41,845 bases of DNA from a virus. Taxonomy: Duplodnaviria > Caudoviricetes. The translations under genes and the position numbers were made by a program. Shown here one piece after another: positions 8,389-16,109 of the stretch. The notes beneath the pieces are model-generated. The model was not told the DNA's origin. It worked only from the letters and a program-made list of their open reading frames with translations, and made no database searches. Numbering within the stretch: position 1 is the stretch's first letter; the number at the start of each line of letters is the position of its first letter. The DNA is taken from positions 1-41,845 of IMG/VR virus record IMGVR_UViG_3300012940_001438; one strand, given 5' to 3'.

Positions 8389-8730
8389 TTATTTTTTGAG
8401 GGCGATGACATCCGCTGAGCCCGGAATACTGACCGCGCTCAATGGCAATTTCTGTTGACGTGGATCCTCGGTGACTAGATTGCCCTCAGGCGTGGCAAAC
8501 ATCATCGTGGACTCTGGTTGATCCTGCGGGAGCTTGACCGTCACCTTGTCGGTAATGTCGATCGCGTTCATGCGCGAAAATTTCTTGACGGTCAACTTGA
8601 TCGTAATTTCACCGCTTTTGCCTGTGTCTTCAACCGCTTTCACAATGTCCTGCAGTTGCTCTGTGAGTTCGTTGATTAAGACGCCGCGGCGGATCTTGCG
8701 CAGGGTTTCGTCGAATGGGATTTGAGCCAT
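8389..8730 (-). CDS. YfdP-like phage protein (usual partner of DUF2303)
   Basis: TGKSGEITIKLTV...MFATPEGNLVTEDPRQQKL, directly upstream of the DUF2303 gene. Confidence 0.75.
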   Translation of the reverse strand: MAQIPFDETLRKIRRGVLINELTEQLQDIVKAVEDTGKSGEITIKLTVKKFSRMNAIDITDKVTVKLPQDQPESTMMFATPEGNLVTEDPRQQKLPLSAVSIPGSADVIALKK

Positions 8731-8739
8731 ATGGTTCTC

Positions 8740-8931
8740 TCAGTCAATATCGCCGGCGGCCAGTCTTTTGAAATCGGGCTTAGGCGGGGTGGATGTTCGG
8801 CGCTTCGCAATGATCAGCGCCGTTTTGTTTAAGCAATAGGCAAGGGCAGGGGATTGCATTGCGACATTAAGAGAGACAGTCAATCGCGATTGGCGCGCAG
8901 CTTCTTGAAGGTCGGCGATGCTGGGTTTCAT
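8740..8931 (-). CDS. Small phage hypothetical protein
   Basis: ATGA-coupled start MKPSIADL; ends DFKRLAAGDID. Confidence 0.65.
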   Translation of the reverse strand: MKPSIADLQEAARQSRLTVSLNVAMQSPALAYCLNKTALIIAKRRTSTPPKPDFKRLAAGDID

Positions 8932-9158
8932 GTCAGACCTGCAGCAAAGCCGACAAATGGAACAAGACCGAACAAGATCAGGAAAAATACAAATGCGCAG
9001 ATCCAGCCCCAAGCAGGGATGCGCTCGTCTTCAATGGTCATGCGCTCGCTGTATGTGAGCCCCGGCCGGTTCAGTTTCCGGCGGTCTGATATTTCTATGA
9101 AAGCCCAGGTGAATAGCCAGGCTGTGAGGTAAAACAGAAAAGTGAATAGGGCTGACAT
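8928..9158 (-). CDS. Two-TM membrane protein, first gene of the PL operon
   Basis: Two hydrophobic segments; AGGGG SD just downstream of PL. Confidence 0.7.
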   Translation of the reverse strand: MSALFTFLFYLTAWLFTWAFIEISDRRKLNRPGLTYSERMTIEDERIPAWGWICAFVFFLILFGLVPFVGFAAGLT

Positions 9159-9188
9159 CGCTTATCCCCTAAATGAGAAGTTGGACAA

Positions 9189-9230
9189 ATAATAGCAGTC
9201 CTATTTTATTATAGCAATAGCAGTCCTATT
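9189..9230 (-). promoter_or_regulatory. PL promoter with operators OL (9191-9205, 9216-9230)
   Basis: Minus strand TTGCTA-17bp-TATTAT with extended TG; two identical AATAGCAGTCCTATT sites overlap the -10 and -35. Confidence 0.85.
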
Positions 9231-9300
9231 AAATACTCCAACTATTTTGTAACAAGACCAAGATTCTTCTGGTGAAAATGCGACAGGTTGGGGATTAACG

Positions 9301-9322
9301 AAAAAAACCCGCCGAAGCGGGT
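9301..9322 (-). terminator. Intrinsic terminator of the cI-lipoprotein transcript
   Basis: Minus strand ACCCGC-TTCG-GCGGGT followed by a T tract. Confidence 0.85.
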
Positions 9323-9337
9323 CGTTTACTGTGGAGG

Positions 9338-10036
9338 TTATTTACAGCGGATCAGTGATTTTTGAAAGCTTACACCGTGGTGATTGCCAGTCAATGAGAG
9401 GTGGTCGCCAGACAGCAATAACTTGAATTCAGAGGGGCTTAACGTATCTTCGTACTGTTCAATTCCCTTAACCGTGAGCGCTCCATCAGGTGCTTTAAAA
9501 GTGTCAATTACCTCGGCGGCTCCGTAGTCCGTATCGCTTGTAATCCATCTTTTTTCAACCACAGCGGGTATGTCGCATTTTGCAGTCACATCCCATTTCC
9601 CTTGATACTCTGCGGGTATCGTACTCGCTGACGGCGAATAGGCGTATGCGCCTGCAATATTAGTTTCCTCACTGGAGCAGGTGCCGCCCGTAGTTACATT
9701 CAGACTGGTGCCGGTGGGTTGAGCTGTAATAGTGCAGCTGCTCGCCTTATCGTCGTGAAATGCACTGCTGGATTGCCGGAAGGGAACAGCAGACTCACTA
9801 TTGAGCGGCACAGGCAGTGATGCCTGGTACCGGTCCATAAATCCTGCCCCTACATAGATCAATGTGTACTGGTGCGTTCCGCTATTCTGATACGAGGAAA
9901 TGTTGATGCGGCGGTCGCTTGGGCCGATGTAGGTGCCTTCAATTTGTTGAGCAGTGGTGACTGGACCATTGATAACAGGCTTCTGCGCGCATGCGCCAAT
10001 GGCCAGGAGAGGAATAAGATATGCGAGCCGTTTCAT
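9338..10036 (-). CDS. Lipoprotein moron in the immunity region
   Basis: MKRLAYLIPLLAIGA-C lipobox; lies between cI and OL; paired cysteines. Confidence 0.8.
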   Translation of the reverse strand: MKRLAYLIPLLAIGACAQKPVINGPVTTAQQIEGTYIGPSDRRINISSYQNSGTHQYTLIYVGAGFMDRYQASLPVPLNSESAVPFRQSSSAFHDDKASSCTITAQPTGTSLNVTTGGTCSSEETNIAGAYAYSPSASTIPAEYQGKWDVTAKCDIPAVVEKRWITSDTDYGAAEVIDTFKAPDGALTVKGIEQYEDTLSPSEFKLLLSGDHLSLTGNHHGVSFQKSLIRCK

Positions 10037-10094
10037 ATTTTCCTGTTGATGTTATTTCTGCCGTAGATAAATGACATTGCCCACCTGCGGGCCC

Positions 10095-10517
10095 TTAAGC
10101 AACACTTTTATTCTTAGCGTGTAGTTTTTGCACTTTTATAGCAAGCAGAGTTTCAATTTCGGTGCGATCTGAGTCACTGAGCTGCTCGTACTCAGATGCG
10201 GAGATCGATTTAATCGGCCAGTGGCTTTCGAGGGTAGTGTTGGTAACTTTTGTAGCTGCGTCGAGAATTCGGCGCGCTAGCGTAGGACTTATGGCATCAA
10301 TTGGGCAGCCAAGCCCATTTGCAAGCTTAACCACGGCGTCGAGGTTCAATGGTTGGCGCTTTTTGATGTAATGACCAAGGTTCCCTTGAGAGCCTAAGCC
10401 ATTGTCAGCCGCGAATTGAGTTTGTGTGGCTCCAGTGGCTGCCTTGTAGTCTTCCCAAAGAGCGGCAAGCCGGTCAGAGTCCTCAAGTTCCCATGGTTCA
10501 AATTTCGATTCTTTCAT
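10095..10517 (-). CDS. CI-like repressor (HTH, no S24 peptidase domain)
   Basis: TQTQFAADNGLGSQGNLGHYIKKRQPLNLD...ISPTLA HTH; about 140 aa; divergent from cro. Confidence 0.88.
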   Translation of the reverse strand: MKESKFEPWELEDSDRLAALWEDYKAATGATQTQFAADNGLGSQGNLGHYIKKRQPLNLDAVVKLANGLGCPIDAISPTLARRILDAATKVTNTTLESHWPIKSISASEYEQLSDSDRTEIETLLAIKVQKLHAKNKSVA

Positions 10518-10524
10518 AGTGATT

Positions 10525-10605
10525 AATAGCATACCTATTACTTACAAATTAATCCGCAATAAAAATAGGACTCCTATTTACAAGTGGAAATAGGACTGCT
10601 ATTAT
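10525..10605 (+). promoter_or_regulatory. OR operators (10525-10539, 10564-10578, 10589-10603) and PR promoter
   Basis: Three AATAG-N5-CTATT sites; PR is TTTACA(10577)-17bp-TATTAT(10600). Confidence 0.85.
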
Positions 10606-10637
10606 TGGGTCATTCCGTTCTATCGTTTTTTATCGCC

Positions 10638-10862
10638 ATGAACACCCTCTCAAATCTACGCAATCAGCTCGATATGACGCAGGCAGAGCTTGCAAATGCC
10701 CTTGGCCAGACGCAGGGCAGTATTGGTCATTACGAGACAGGCCGCTACCAGATGCCCGTCGCAGTAGCAAAACGGCTTATCAACTTAGCCGCAGCGAATG
10801 GGATAAATCTGTCGTTGGACCAAATCTATGCGGAAGTGCTGCCAAGGCAGGAGGTTGCATGA
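10638..10862 (+). CDS. cro: Cro-like HTH regulator
   Basis: LRNQLDMTQAELANALGQTQGSIGHYETGR HTH; first gene after PR. Confidence 0.88.
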   Translation: MNTLSNLRNQLDMTQAELANALGQTQGSIGHYETGRYQMPVAVAKRLINLAAANGINLSLDQIYAEVLPRQEVA

Positions 10863-11248
10863 CTCTCAAACAAGGAATTGCAATGTCGAACGCTGATAAA
10901 CCGTGGAGGCTGAATCCGGATAATACCTGCGAAGTCAAAGCGCTCTCTATTCGCCCAGAATCTATTTGTTTCGTGAATGGCACCATGCAAATCAACAGTG
11001 AATTAAAGTTGCCTGACGTTTTTTGGCTGCACCTTGCTGAAGTCATTCCCCCGATCCTGGTCAAGAGGTTTAAAGGTTCTGAAACAAAGTACTTAGCCAT
11101 TGAATCACTTGAGGCCCACGCTGAAGGCCAGCCTTTACTCCTTCTTCCACGAGTGTGTTTACAAGGTGTTTGGTGGACTCGGCGGGCAGCTGTTGAAGCT
11201 GATCGAGATATTTCTGCTTTTGTTCGGGCGGAATCTCAGCATGCTTAA
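10859..11248 (+). CDS. Hypothetical protein coupled to cro; 3' end overlaps the antisense gene
   Basis: ATGA overlap with cro and a GGAGG SD, but 179-nt overlap with 11070-11579. Confidence 0.4.
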   Translation: MTLKQGIAMSNADKPWRLNPDNTCEVKALSIRPESICFVNGTMQINSELKLPDVFWLHLAEVIPPILVKRFKGSETKYLAIESLEAHAEGQPLLLLPRVCLQGVWWTRRAAVEADRDISAFVRAESQHA

Positions 11249-11579
11249 TTTTGTCTGCAATCAGCGATTTGATGGTGTCCGCATGCAATTTAATCACCAC
11301 GACATTCAACTCTGCGGAAAGGCCGCCGTCTTCGCGAAGGTAGTCTTGACCTTTCTCCGTAATCTGTATGTTTACTACGTCAAATCCATCAATCGTCGAA
11401 CATTCCTTGTAGCGGATCAGTCCGTGTCCTTTAAGGTATTTGAGGTTGGACAGTCGAACGTTCATATCGGTACATTCGATATCGAAGTCGCCGGCGTCGT
11501 CGATTGGCTCTGGATCTGCAGCCTCAAGTTGCTCAAGCATGGCAACGTATATCTCTTTGTCTATTTTTTCAGTCTTCAT
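11070..11579 (-). CDS. Antisense moron; winged-helix-like N-terminus plus helical C-terminus
   Basis: NLKYLKGHGLI...IQITEKGQDYLREDGGLSA wHTH wing motif; own GAGG SD. Confidence 0.8.
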   Translation of the reverse strand: MKTEKIDKEIYVAMLEQLEAADPEPIDDAGDFDIECTDMNVRLSNLKYLKGHGLIRYKECSTIDGFDVVNIQITEKGQDYLREDGGLSAELNVVVIKLHADTIKSLIADKIKHAEIPPEQKQKYLDQLQQLPAESTKHLVNTLVEEGVKAGLQRGPQVIQWLSTLFQNL

Positions 11580-11645
11580 ATGGTCGGTTTCCTCATGAAA
11601 GGGTTGTGGTGTGGGAACTTCAATTCTATAGGCAAACCGACCGCC

Positions 11646-11816
11646 CTAATGAATAGTGGCTGCACGGCTCGCGCATTCGCTATGCCAATACCCGAACGCG
11701 AGCCGGTCAAAAAGGCCGGCCACATGGTCGGGCGTTGGGTTTTCAAAAGTCTCGTGCGCAATGCATGCGGCCAGCTCCATCAGTTCTTCTGTTTTCTCGG
11801 CGGTGAGGGTCTTCAT
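11646..11816 (-). CDS. 56-aa antisense protein (not in ORF track)
   Basis: GGAG SD then MKTLTAEKTEELMELAACIAHETFENPTPDHVAGLFDRLAFGYWHSECASRAATIH*. Confidence 0.65.
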   Translation of the reverse strand: MKTLTAEKTEELMELAACIAHETFENPTPDHVAGLFDRLAFGYWHSECASRAATIH

Positions 11817-11903
11817 CGCTATTTCTCCAAAATTTGTTTGTTAACGCCATTCTGCGGGGTTGCGCATTCAACCGCACGCAGTATTTTTTGAATGAGGTTG
11901 CAT

Positions 11904-12224
11904 ATGTCACTACATGCTCCAATTCGCCCTATGTACCAGGTCAAATCCGTTGAGCAGGTCGTTCGTAGCTGCTTGGGTAATCCCAAGATGCGCGACGACA
12001 TTGCTTCGGCGGTCGGATGGCGGGATCCCAGTAGCAGTATTTCTCGGGTTCTCTCTGGTGGCCAGGGCGTCCTATTGAAAGATTTGAATCCGCTACTGGC
12101 TGCCTGCGGCCTGGTGCTTGTCGACCCCCGATATCTTGACTGGCTCAAGTATGGCGCTCAACTCGGGGCCAATTGCTGGTGTGAACGCAATAATATGGCC
12201 GGGGCCTGCGCAGGAGATTTGTGA
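11904..12224 (+). CDS. CII-like transcriptional regulator
   Basis: IASAVGWRDPSSSISRVLSG HTH-like segment; cII position; GAGG SD. Confidence 0.6.
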   Translation: MSLHAPIRPMYQVKSVEQVVRSCLGNPKMRDDIASAVGWRDPSSSISRVLSGGQGVLLKDLNPLLAACGLVLVDPRYLDWLKYGAQLGANCWCERNNMAGACAGDL

Positions 12225-12502
12225 TGCAGGAAAAGTTGCCTGGGAGGCCGGTGGGGCCAATAGCGGAAGCAGTGCTTGAATTGCTCAAGGAAAAGGGGGG
12301 ACTTACGGCTCGCGAGATTGCCGTCCAGTTGATGATGCCGATCGAGCGCGCAAAGTACACATGTAGCCGGCTCGAAAGCCGGGGCCTTATAAGGGTTGCC
12401 AAGCGCAACCGAATGCCTGGTGTTAATAAGCCGGTCGCCCAGTACAAGGTTGTCCACCGTCCTCAAGTTTCGCCTACAGCGCGATTGTCTTATCCCTTCT
12501 GA
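12221..12502 (+). CDS. Winged-helix DNA-binding protein
   Basis: LTAREIAVQLMMPIERAKYTCSRLESRGLI. Confidence 0.75.
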   Translation: MMQEKLPGRPVGPIAEAVLELLKEKGGLTAREIAVQLMMPIERAKYTCSRLESRGLIRVAKRNRMPGVNKPVAQYKVVHRPQVSPTARLSYPF

Positions 12503-12512
12503 AGTGGTTCAA

Positions 12513-14858
12513 ATGGCGAAATATTCATTTACTGATGTAGCGAAGGCCGCATTGGCGGATGCTGAGCGGTTAGTTCCCCAGTGGCTGCCGGGCGGTGTGA
12601 AAGTCGGTCCCGAATGGAAATGCGGTAGCCTAGACGGCGAAGCCGGTAGCTCCATGAGCGTTAACCTCGTAAAGGGCGTATGGTCCGATTTTGCGACCGG
12701 TGAGGGCGGTGCAGATCTGATTGACCTGTATGCAGCAATCTTTACTTCCGGAGACAAAGTTGCGGCATTGCGCGAACTGGCAGAGAAATTAAGGGTGCTC
12801 CCCGAGAGCGATTCGGCTCCAAAACGCACGCCGGCGCCAGCCTCCAAGGAGGCAAGTAAGCCTAGGTCTTCTTGGATACCAATTCTGCCGGTACCCGAAG
12901 GCGCTTCTGCACCACCACGGGCGAATCGATATCGCGGAATACCTGATGCGATCTGGACATATAACGACCGCCAAGGGCGGCTCCTGGGATATGTGTGCAG
13001 ATTTACCACTTCTGATGGTGGCAAGGATATTACGCCATTGGTCTATGCAAAGAACACGAATGCTCACGGCGACCGGTACGACTGGCACTGGATGCACTTT
13101 CCAGAGCCTCGGCCACTGTATGGGCTCGATCGTCTTGGCGATGAAAAGCCGGTTCTCTTGGTCGAAGGCGAGAAATGTGCCGATGCTGCACGCGCTGTGC
13201 TTGGGCATTTATATGACGTACTCACCTGGCCGGGTGGAAGCAATGCTGTCCACAAGGCCGACTGGTCGGTGCTGGCCGGCCGCACGGTATTGATATGGCC
13301 AGATACTGATTCAGTCAAGAACAAGGCCAAAACAGCGTATCTGGACTATTTGGACCAGCCAGGCCTGAAGGCAGCGCTGAAAATCGCCGCAACGCTTCAA
13401 GCGCATTCATGCGCAGTCAATATCCTTCAAGTGGATAAGCCCGGCGCGCTTCCTGATGGTTGGGATATCTTTGATGCTGTTGAGCAGGGCATGGATCAGG
13501 CTGCTTTGCTGGCCTGGATGAAGGGACGAATCGTAGCGCCCGACGTATTTGTGGTTCCAGAGGCGGAGAAATCGCCGCCTGCGACAGCCAAGAAAGGGGA
13601 GAAGACCCCTTCCCGGGCTGGCGCGAAAACGTTGCATGATCGTCTGTTACGGGATGATCGCGGCAAGCTGGAAGATTGTCGGGAGAATGTAGCGACGTGC
13701 CTTGAGCACCACCCAAAATTGAAGGGATGCCTGGCCTTCAATGCATTCACCTCGCGCGTCATGCGCGTCAAGCCCGTGCCCTGGAATGATAAGCCCGGCG
13801 AATGGACCGACAATGACGATTTGGAGCTCAGCGACTTTCTTGCGCGCCAGGGCCCGATGGTCTTTAAATCCCTGGCAAACGTTGGCCACGGGGTGCAGTT
13901 GATCGCCCATCGAAACAAATATCATCCATTGCAGGACTACCTGAACAGTCTCAAATGGGACCGGGTCGACCGCAATACTGTTTGGCTCGTTGATTTCCTT
14001 GGCGTAGCAGATTCTGATTATGCCCGGCTTGTCGGGCGGTTGTGGTTACGGCAGGCAGTCAGTCGTGCCATGAATCCCGGTAGCAAGGCTGATTACGTTC
14101 TGATATTGGAAGGGCTGCAGGGTATTCAGAAATCAAGTGCGCTGCGTGCATTGGGCGGCGATTTCTTTTCTGATGCGCCGCTGGATCTCAATAGCAAGGA
14201 CGTATACCAGACCATCAACGGCGTGTGGTTCTATGAGATTGCAGAGCTGGATGCCTTTAATCGCTCGGAGGCGACGCGGATCAAAGCCTTCATTACACAG
14301 CCGATAGACCGGTACCGCCTACCATATGAGAAACGCATGATAGATCAGCCGCGTCATACGGTGTTTGCTGGTACGACCAATAATTATGAGTACCACAAGG
14401 ACACAACAGGTAATCGGCGTTTCTGGTCGGTCCTGTGCTCGCGCATCGATTTGGCGGGATTGCGCGAATATAGGGATCAGTTGTTTGCGCAAGCGTTGCA
14501 TGAGGTACGAGAAGGCAAGCGCATTTACCCCACGCGCGAAGAGGAAGATACGCTGATCGTGCCGGAACAGGAAATGCGCGAAATTGTTGATTCATGGCAG
14601 CAGATCATTCAGAACTGGCTCAATGCTCCCATAAACAAACGAACACAAACCTTTACTACAAGCCAGATCTTAATTGATTGCTTGGGTTTCGAGGCGGCCA
14701 GGATTAACCCCACACGCCAGTCTGAGACGAAGGTTGGTGCAATTATGCGCAAGCTTGGCTGGTTGAAGAAGCGACAATCATCAGGCATGCGTGGCTATTA
14801 CTATCAACGACCAGAGGTTCAGGAGACGCTTTTAAAGCGTGAAGGGAATACGCCATGA
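12513..14858 (+). CDS. Phage primase-helicase (TOPRIM-type primase plus VapE / virulence-associated E helicase)
   Basis: TOPRIM VLLVEGEKCAD and IWPDTD; Walker A GLQGIQKS; YEIAELD, GTTN and GNRRFW typical of VapE. Confidence 0.9.
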   Translation: MAKYSFTDVAKAALADAERLVPQWLPGGVKVGPEWKCGSLDGEAGSSMSVNLVKGVWSDFATGEGGADLIDLYAAIFTSGDKVAALRELAEKLRVLPESDSAPKRTPAPASKEASKPRSSWIPILPVPEGASAPPRANRYRGIPDAIWTYNDRQGRLLGYVCRFTTSDGGKDITPLVYAKNTNAHGDRYDWHWMHFPEPRPLYGLDRLGDEKPVLLVEGEKCADAARAVLGHLYDVLTWPGGSNAVHKADWSVLAGRTVLIWPDTDSVKNKAKTAYLDYLDQPGLKAALKIAATLQAHSCAVNILQVDKPGALPDGWDIFDAVEQGMDQAALLAWMKGRIVAPDVFVVPEAEKSPPATAKKGEKTPSRAGAKTLHDRLLRDDRGKLEDCRENVATCLEHHPKLKGCLAFNAFTSRVMRVKPVPWNDKPGEWTDNDDLELSDFLARQGPMVFKSLANVGHGVQLIAHRNKYHPLQDYLNSLKWDRVDRNTVWLVDFLGVADSDYARLVGRLWLRQAVSRAMNPGSKADYVLILEGLQGIQKSSALRALGGDFFSDAPLDLNSKDVYQTINGVWFYEIAELDAFNRSEATRIKAFITQPIDRYRLPYEKRMIDQPRHTVFAGTTNNYEYHKDTTGNRRFWSVLCSRIDLAGLREYRDQLFAQALHEVREGKRIYPTREEEDTLIVPEQEMREIVDSWQQIIQNWLNAPINKRTQTFTTSQILIDCLGFEAARINPTRQSETKVGAIMRKLGWLKKRQSSGMRGYYYQRPEVQETLLKREGNTP

Positions 14859-14897
14859 CTTAGCGCCAGCTTTACTTTTTTCGTCTCTGATTCAATA

Positions 14898-15175
14898 CCT
14901 GACTGGTCTGATTGGCCGGTCAGGGATTCTTACGCGCATACGAGTTGGACTTGCCGTCCATCAACCGAAATGAGGTTAGACAATGAAAAGCCCTTATAAA
15001 TCAATTGGATGTCCTACCGTCCAACCTTTCCAACCCGTTCCCGCATGCGTGCGCATATGTGCGTGTGTGTGCCCGCCCGCCTGCGCGTATGCGTACGCAT
15101 GTGTACATCCATGTCAGGTAGGTTAGGTTGATATATAAGTTATTGATATTAAAAGAATAATTTAACCGTCCAACA
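14898..15175. other. Putative replication origin region
   Basis: Non-coding stretch after the primase with GTCCAACC-like repeats in both orientations, two alternating purine-pyrimidine tracts and an IHF consensus (15136-15148). Confidence 0.5.
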
Positions 15176-15207
15176 TTGTCTTACAGAGTAGCCAGTCAGG
15201 CGAGGGA

Positions 15208-15579
15208 ATGATGCAAAGAAATAGCTATATCGATGCCAGATTGACAGATTGGGCCCAGTGGCGTTTGTCCGATGGGGATTATCGTGGCATCAATTACGTT
15301 GAGCGCGAAGTGGATTGTCCTCGTTCGCATCTGGAATATTCACCGGACCAGTTCGAGGCGTGCCTTGAGATGGACATGGCGATCGCAACACTGCCGGTCG
15401 AACTCAAGGAAACTGTTGTTGCGTCGTACACATGGCAGGGTGGTGTGTCAGTGGTAATAGCAAAGTTACGTGTCACACGTGCAACGGTGCACCGGCGTCT
15501 CTGCCACGCTGACATCCGTCTGGACGACTACATTACTCAGCGTCAGGCACGTGCTCGCGAAATTGAACGGCGCATCTGA
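15208..15579 (+). CDS. Q-like late-gene antiterminator/activator
   Basis: IDARLTDWAQW N-terminus and C-terminal sigma4-like HTH (IAKLRVTRATVHRRL); upstream of the late promoter and terminator. Confidence 0.75.
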   Translation: MMQRNSYIDARLTDWAQWRLSDGDYRGINYVEREVDCPRSHLEYSPDQFEACLEMDMAIATLPVELKETVVASYTWQGGVSVVIAKLRVTRATVHRRLCHADIRLDDYITQRQARAREIERRI

Positions 15580-15588
15580 AAAAACAAT

Positions 15589-15616
15589 TTTGCAACTTAT
15601 ACCGACATGGGTAATA
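15589..15616 (+). promoter_or_regulatory. Putative late promoter
   Basis: TTGCAA-16bp-TAATAT just after the Q-like gene. Confidence 0.4.
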
Positions 15617-15670
15617 TGTGATACGTTCGGGCGGTTGTTGCGACAGCCTGACAAATGTAGTGACAACACC

Positions 15671-15707
15671 GGCCTGGATCAGATGCGTGATCCGGGCCTT
15701 TTTATTT
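15671..15707 (+). terminator. Late leader terminator (tR'-like)
   Basis: GGCCTGGATCA/TGATCCGGGCC stem followed by TTTTTATTT. Confidence 0.75.
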
Positions 15708-15717
15708 GGGCCTGCGC

Positions 15718-16059
15718 ATGACAACTGAATCCTGGCGAACTAGCAAGGAAACGGCAGCACAGCGCGGCTACGGCGGGAAATGGCAGCGCGAACGCGAGGC
15801 ATTCCTACAGAAGCACCCGTTGTGTGTATTTCATAAGCAGCGCGGTGAGATTGTCGCGGCAACCGTGGTCGATCACAAGATTCCACATCGCGGCGATCAG
15901 AAATTATTTTGGGATAGAAAAAATTGGCAGTCGCTCTGCAAACCGTGTCATGACTCGGTGAAGCGCGAGCTGGAACTGTCAGGACGAACACGCGGGTGCG
16001 ATGCGCATGGCATACCGATTGATGCTGGTCATCATTGGAATCGGCCCTCATCGCGTTGA
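15718..16059 (+). CDS. HNH endonuclease (terminase-associated, HK97 gp74-like)
   Basis: RGYG..W, HPLC, VVDHKIPHRGD...NWQSLCKPCH. Confidence 0.93.
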   Translation: MTTESWRTSKETAAQRGYGGKWQREREAFLQKHPLCVFHKQRGEIVAATVVDHKIPHRGDQKLFWDRKNWQSLCKPCHDSVKRELELSGRTRGCDAHGIPIDAGHHWNRPSSR

Positions 16060-16109
16060 TCCCTTTCCCTGAAATTTCGATTTCGACTCCAATGAGAATC
16101 GTTCTCATT

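Noticed and set aside
11100-11891. 263-aa plus-strand ORF
   Set aside because: Shadow of two better-supported minus-strand genes that have SD sequences; TTG start and implausible composition.
12396-12512. N-terminal extensions given by the ORF track (primase, and similarly xis, cro, capsid, connector, tailspike, lysis genes)
   Set aside because: They overlap upstream genes, operators or terminators; downstream ATGs with an SD or ATGA coupling fit better.
12513-14858. VapE domain as a virulence factor
   Set aside because: The 'virulence-associated E' name is historical; here it is the helicase part of the phage replication protein.
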